Notes under the pieces: generated by a model
The model's database searches: none
What the model was told of the DNA's origin: nothing
The model's input: the letters and a program-made list of their open reading frames with translations, nothing else
Program-made: the position numbers and the translations under genes
Source of the DNA: an uncultured Thermoleophilia bacterium
GTDB taxonomy: Bacteria; Actinomycetota; Thermoleophilia; Gaiellales; Gaiellaceae
NCBI GenBank assembly: GCA_963769545.1
Contig: CAVYMB010000003.1
Span: 22,386 to 86,385, forward strand
DNA length: 64,000 nt
Direction of reading: 5' to 3'
In this document: positions 60,965 to 64,000 of the stretch, one piece after another
Layout of the letters: every line of letters starts with the position of its first letter
Position numbering within the stretch: position 1 is the stretch's first letter

Positions 60965-62313
60965 CCAGGCGCATCGTCTGCGACGAGTGCACGCGCGCCG
61001 ACCTGCTCCGCGTCGCCGCCGGCCGGGGGCTGCCGGCGATCGAGCCGGGCATGCCGATGCCGGCCGGCACCGGGCTGACGCGGCGCGGATTCGTCGCGCG
61101 GTCGGTCGGGCTCGCGCTCTCGGTCTATGGCGTCGGCCGGCTTGCCTCGTTCGACGAGGGAATCGCGAACGCAGCAGCCGCCACGCAGAAGCCGATCCTC
61201 GTCACCGTGTTCCTACAGGGGGGCGCCGACTCGCTCTCGCTGCTCTACCCGCAGGGCGACCCGCTGTACGCGAAGTACCGCACCGATCTTGCGGTCACCG
61301 GCGGCACGCCGTTCACCGAGGACCCGCGGCTGATGTGGCACCCGTCCCTCGCTCCGATCGCGCAGCTGCACGGCGAGGGCAAGGTGAGCGTGCTCCCGGC
61401 GATCGGTTACGACCATCCCGACCAGTCGCACTTCACATCCCGGCACTACTGGGAGGTCGGCGCCACCGACGCCCGTCTGCTCACGGGCTGGATGGGCCGT
61501 TACCTCGACACGATCGGCTCGCCGGACAACCCGCTGCAGGGCCTCTCGCTCGGTGGCTCGCTGCTGCCGAGCCTCGCCACGTCACGTGTTCCGGTCGCGA
61601 CGATCGACGCGCCGGGGCAGTACGACTTCTACACGCAGGGCGTCTGGGGAACGGTGCAGAGCCGGATGCTCGATGCGATCGGCCAGCTCGGTGCGATCCG
61701 CTCGCACGATCCCCAGTTCGCCACCGCGGCCAACATCGCCCACCAGTCGGACCGCTTGCGACGCCAGCTCCTCCCGTTCGCCGGGAAGAAACTGACGCCG
61801 CCCGTCGCCTATCCGACCTCGAACGACTCGTTCCCGACCCAGCTCTCGGGCCTCGCGGCGATGATCGCCGCCGGCCTGCCGCTCCATTGCGTGTCGCTCG
61901 AGGCGACCGGCTCCTACGACACGCATGCCGACCAGACGACGGCGCTCGGGCCGGCACTCACGACGACTGCCGCGTCGCTCTTCTCGTTCCAGCGCGATCT
62001 CGAAGCGCGGGGGATCGCGGACCGGGTGCTCACGCTCGTCTGGAGCGAGTTCGGCCGCCGCGCGCAGGAGAACGGCTCGGGCGGCACCGACCACGGCGCG
62101 GCCGGCTGCGGCTTCCTGATCGGCACACGGGCGAACGGCCAACAGGTCGGAGAGTTCCCCGGGTTGAACGCGCTCGACGCCGACGGCAATCTCAAGCCGA
62201 CCTCCGACTTCCGGGCCGTTTACTCCTCGCTGCTCGAGCAGTGGCTGCACACGGAGGCGGCGCGCGTGATCCCGGACGCGAAGAGGTTCCCGCGCGTCAC
62301 ACTGGTCAAGTGA
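60961..62313 (+). CDS. DUF1501 domain protein (sulfatase-like fold, Tat-type leader)
   Basis: Listed ORF whose ATG overlaps the DUF1800 stop (ATGA). The motifs are TRRGFVARSVGLAL, FLQGGADSLS, SHFTSRHYWE and GGTDHG. Confidence 0.8.
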   Translation: MTRRIVCDECTRADLLRVAAGRGLPAIEPGMPMPAGTGLTRRGFVARSVGLALSVYGVGRLASFDEGIANAAAATQKPILVTVFLQGGADSLSLLYPQGDPLYAKYRTDLAVTGGTPFTEDPRLMWHPSLAPIAQLHGEGKVSVLPAIGYDHPDQSHFTSRHYWEVGATDARLLTGWMGRYLDTIGSPDNPLQGLSLGGSLLPSLATSRVPVATIDAPGQYDFYTQGVWGTVQSRMLDAIGQLGAIRSHDPQFATAANIAHQSDRLRRQLLPFAGKKLTPPVAYPTSNDSFPTQLSGLAAMIAAGLPLHCVSLEATGSYDTHADQTTALGPALTTTAASLFSFQRDLEARGIADRVLTLVWSEFGRRAQENGSGGTDHGAAGCGFLIGTRANGQQVGEFPGLNALDADGNLKPTSDFRAVYSSLLEQWLHTEAARVIPDAKRFPRVTLVK

Positions 62314-62681
62314 GGCGGGCGGTCGCAACGGCCGCCACGGCTTCCGCGCTGCTCCTCGCAGGCAGCGGTCTGCTCCACGCTGCGCCTCCTGCGCCGACCC
62401 GCATCCAGGTCGCCGCACGCGAGTACTCGTTCGTCCTCTCGCGCCTCCGCGTCAAAGCGGGCCCGGCGATCGTCGAGCTCGTCAACTACGGGCAGGACGC
62501 CCACGACCTGAGATTGCAGCGCCGGGGGTCGCGACACATCGCCGGCATCGGGACGGTCGCATCGGGGAAGTACACCGATCTCTCGCTCAAGCTTGCCCCG
62601 GGGCGATACTCGCTCTGGTGCTCGCTCGCGAACCATCGCGCGCTCGGCATGAGCGCGACCCTCGTCGTAACGCCGCGCTGA
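62310..62681 (+). CDS. Cupredoxin-like (type-1 copper site-like) secreted protein
   Basis: This is the tail of listed ORF 60564..62681, with GTG at 62310 overlapping the DUF1501 stop (GTGA). The signal peptide is VRRAVATAATASALLLAGSGLLHA. Candidate copper ligands are H in QDAHD and C-x4-H-x4-M in WCSLANHRALGM. Confidence 0.6.
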   Translation: MRRAVATAATASALLLAGSGLLHAAPPAPTRIQVAAREYSFVLSRLRVKAGPAIVELVNYGQDAHDLRLQRRGSRHIAGIGTVASGKYTDLSLKLAPGRYSLWCSLANHRALGMSATLVVTPR

Positions 62682-63421
62682 CGGTCGACGACGTCGGCGA
62701 TCCCGGCGGCACGCCGGTCGTCTACCTGCACGGCGGCGGGGACTCCAGGCTCTCGCGCCATCCCGACGACGGCATCGCCGCCGGGCTCGGCATCCGGCTG
62801 GTCGCCGTCGACCGCTGCGGGCCTCCGGTGATCGGGCGCACCCTGCTCGGCTACGCCGGCGAGCTGCTTGCGCTGCTCGACGGGCTCGGCGTCGAGCGCT
62901 TCGGCGTCGTGGGCTGGTCGGCTGGTGGACCGCACGCCCTGGCGGTCGCAGCCGCCGCGCCTGAACGGGTCACACGCGTCGGCCTCGTCGCCTCGATGCC
63001 GGTGCCCGACGGCCTCCGCGCAATGCCGGCGCCGGTCCGCACCGCGATGCGCCTCGCACGCGTCTCGCCCCGGATCGCCGTGCCCGGCCTCAAGCGGTGG
63101 GGCAGGACGCCGCCGCCGCCGACGGGGGCGGCGGCAACGGACGCCGCGTATGCCGACGGTCGCCTCGAATCCTTCCGCGGCGGCGCCGGTTGGCTCGCAC
63201 GCGAGCTCGCCTATCTCGGCCGGCCGTGGGGCTTCGGGCTCGCCGACGTGCAGGCGCCGGTCGCGCTCTGGTGGGGCAAGCAGGATCACGTGACGCCGCC
63301 GTCGATCGCGCGCGACTTTGCCAGGCGCCTGCCCGACAGCGAGCTGCACCTCGTCGACGGCACGCACCAGCTGTTGTTCGCACGTTGGCGGGAGATCCTC
63401 GCGGCGGCGGCGCAAACGTAG
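62618..63421 (+). CDS. Alpha/beta hydrolase fold protein
   Basis: Listed ORF. Motifs PVVYLHGGG, the nucleophile elbow GWSAGG, and C-terminal DGTHQL are present. The start is uncertain. GTG 62618 overlaps the upstream gene by 64 nt and no other canonical start exists before the conserved core. Confidence 0.65.
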   Translation: MLAREPSRARHERDPRRNAALTVDDVGDPGGTPVVYLHGGGDSRLSRHPDDGIAAGLGIRLVAVDRCGPPVIGRTLLGYAGELLALLDGLGVERFGVVGWSAGGPHALAVAAAAPERVTRVGLVASMPVPDGLRAMPAPVRTAMRLARVSPRIAVPGLKRWGRTPPPPTGAAATDAAYADGRLESFRGGAGWLARELAYLGRPWGFGLADVQAPVALWWGKQDHVTPPSIARDFARRLPDSELHLVDGTHQLLFARWREILAAAAQT

Positions 63422-63431
63422 AATCGAGCGC

Positions 63432-64000
63432 ATGAAGACGCCCGCATCCCTCATCGCCGTCGCATTCACCATCGCGCTCGTCGCAGCCGGGTGCGGCTCG
63501 AGCAAGCACGCGGCGACCACGACGACCACATCCAGCAGCTTCAAGGTCGGCCTCTCCACCGACACCGGCGGGCTCAACGACCGGAGCTTCAACCACCTCG
63601 CCTACGTCGGCCTGTTGCGCGCCGAGCACAACCTCGGGGTGCAGGGCCGGGTCGTCCTCGCCAACTCCTCAGCCGACTACATCCCGAACCTGACATCGCT
63701 CGCGCAGAAGGGATACAACCTCGTGATCGGCGTCGGCTTCACCGAGATCCAGGCGATGGCGGCCGTTGCCAAGCAGTTCCCGAAGACGCATTTCGCGATC
63801 GTCGACGTATCGAACGCAGACGAGGACAACCTGCCCAACGTCGAGGGCTTGCTCTTCCGGGAGCAGGAGGCCGGCTACCTCGCCGGCTACGCCGCCGGGC
63901 TCGCCGCGAAGGATCGGGAAGGCAAGGCCGTGTCGACGGTCGGCGGGCAGAAGCAGCCGCCGGTCGATCGCTACATCGCGGGCTTCCAGGCCGGCGCGAA
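63432..64000 (+). CDS. BMP family (PnrA/Med-like) ABC transporter substrate-binding lipoprotein; the 3' end lies outside the window
   Basis: Hand-read ORF from ATG 63432, open to the window end. It has the lipobox LVAAGC. VGLSTDTGGLNDRSFNHLAYVGL and AIVDV fit the family. Confidence 0.75.
   Translation, partial: MKTPASLIAVAFTIALVAAGCGSSKHAATTTTTSSSFKVGLSTDTGGLNDRSFNHLAYVGLLRAEHNLGVQGRVVLANSSADYIPNLTSLAQKGYNLVIGVGFTEIQAMAAVAKQFPKTHFAIVDVSNADEDNLPNVEGLLFREQEAGYLAGYAAGLAAKDREGKAVSTVGGQKQPPVDRYIAGFQAGA

Noticed and set aside
1-64000. I searched by eye for rRNA, CRISPR arrays, toxin-antitoxin pairs, known defence-system hallmarks, transposases, secondary-metabolite core enzymes and Ku
   Set aside because: None could be supported from the translated ORFs or the intergenic sequence. 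These absences rest on visual inspection only and should be confirmed with dedicated tools such as barrnap, CRISPRCasFinder, DefenseFinder/PADLOC, ISEScan and antiSMASH.

Overview
The window is a uniformly GC-rich, gene-dense chromosomal segment that looks Actinomycetota-like. GTG and TTG starts are frequent, GGAGG-type ribosome-binding sites are present, and many neighbouring genes overlap by 4 nt (ATGA or GTGA). GC content was judged by eye and not computed. I call about 80 protein-coding genes, 3 tRNA-Ser genes (anticodons GGA, CGA and GCT), 3 pseudogene relics, one long in-frame collagen-type repeat, and several hairpins and palindromes. I saw no rRNA, CRISPR array, transposase, integrase or phage genes. 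Many long ORFs in the track are antisense or out-of-frame artefacts of the high GC content and were discarded. The layout from left to right is as follows. 0-3 kb: glycan genes (GH130, GH5-like, GT4). 3-8.5 kb: small hypothetical genes, a GNAT, and a tightly coupled 3-gene operon with two tandem-YbjQ-domain proteins. 8.7-13.7 kb: an ABC permease relic, GH3, a PolX, and DUF4235. 13.7-22.4 kb: a cell-surface-type cluster with a secreted phosphoesterase fused to pentapeptide repeats, DUF1272, an internally duplicated anchored protein, a 791-aa polytopic membrane protein, a 590-aa collagen-like protein and a Thr/Val-rich protein. 22.4-34.8 kb: a Mo-oxidoreductase with cytochrome b, a secreted GH-A-like protein, XdhC, YbaK, a Ca/H antiporter, a GGDEF/HD-GYP protein, flavin reductase, HAD, MBL and FabF. 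34.8-37.2 kb: split LigD ligase and polymerase genes, a GroES-like gene and tRNA-Ser. 37.2-39.7 kb: MarR plus an ABC-2 exporter operon carrying two +1 frameshifts. 39.7-43.5 kb: a Fur-family/NiCoT pair divergent from a Tat-leader mini-protein/DUF4331/104-aa trio. 43.5-56.6 kb: a stress or dormancy-type island with 3 USPs, a GAF-GAF kinase and NarL regulator, a PatA-type acetyltransferase, cupins, an ADH and a HAD. 56.6-64 kb: two divergent tRNA-Ser genes, a cytochrome c, an SDR, a GNAT, a DUF1800/DUF1501/cupredoxin trio, an alpha/beta hydrolase and a BMP lipoprotein that is truncated at the window end. The most interesting candidates for uncharacterised biology are the Ni/Co-type DUF4331 locus, the USP-Pat coupling inside the DosRS-like island, the tandem-YbjQ operon, the collagen-like surface cluster, the phosphoesterase-pentapeptide fusion, and a PolX whose polymerase catalytic aspartates appear to be lost. 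All family assignments come from motif recognition by eye. No database search was run.
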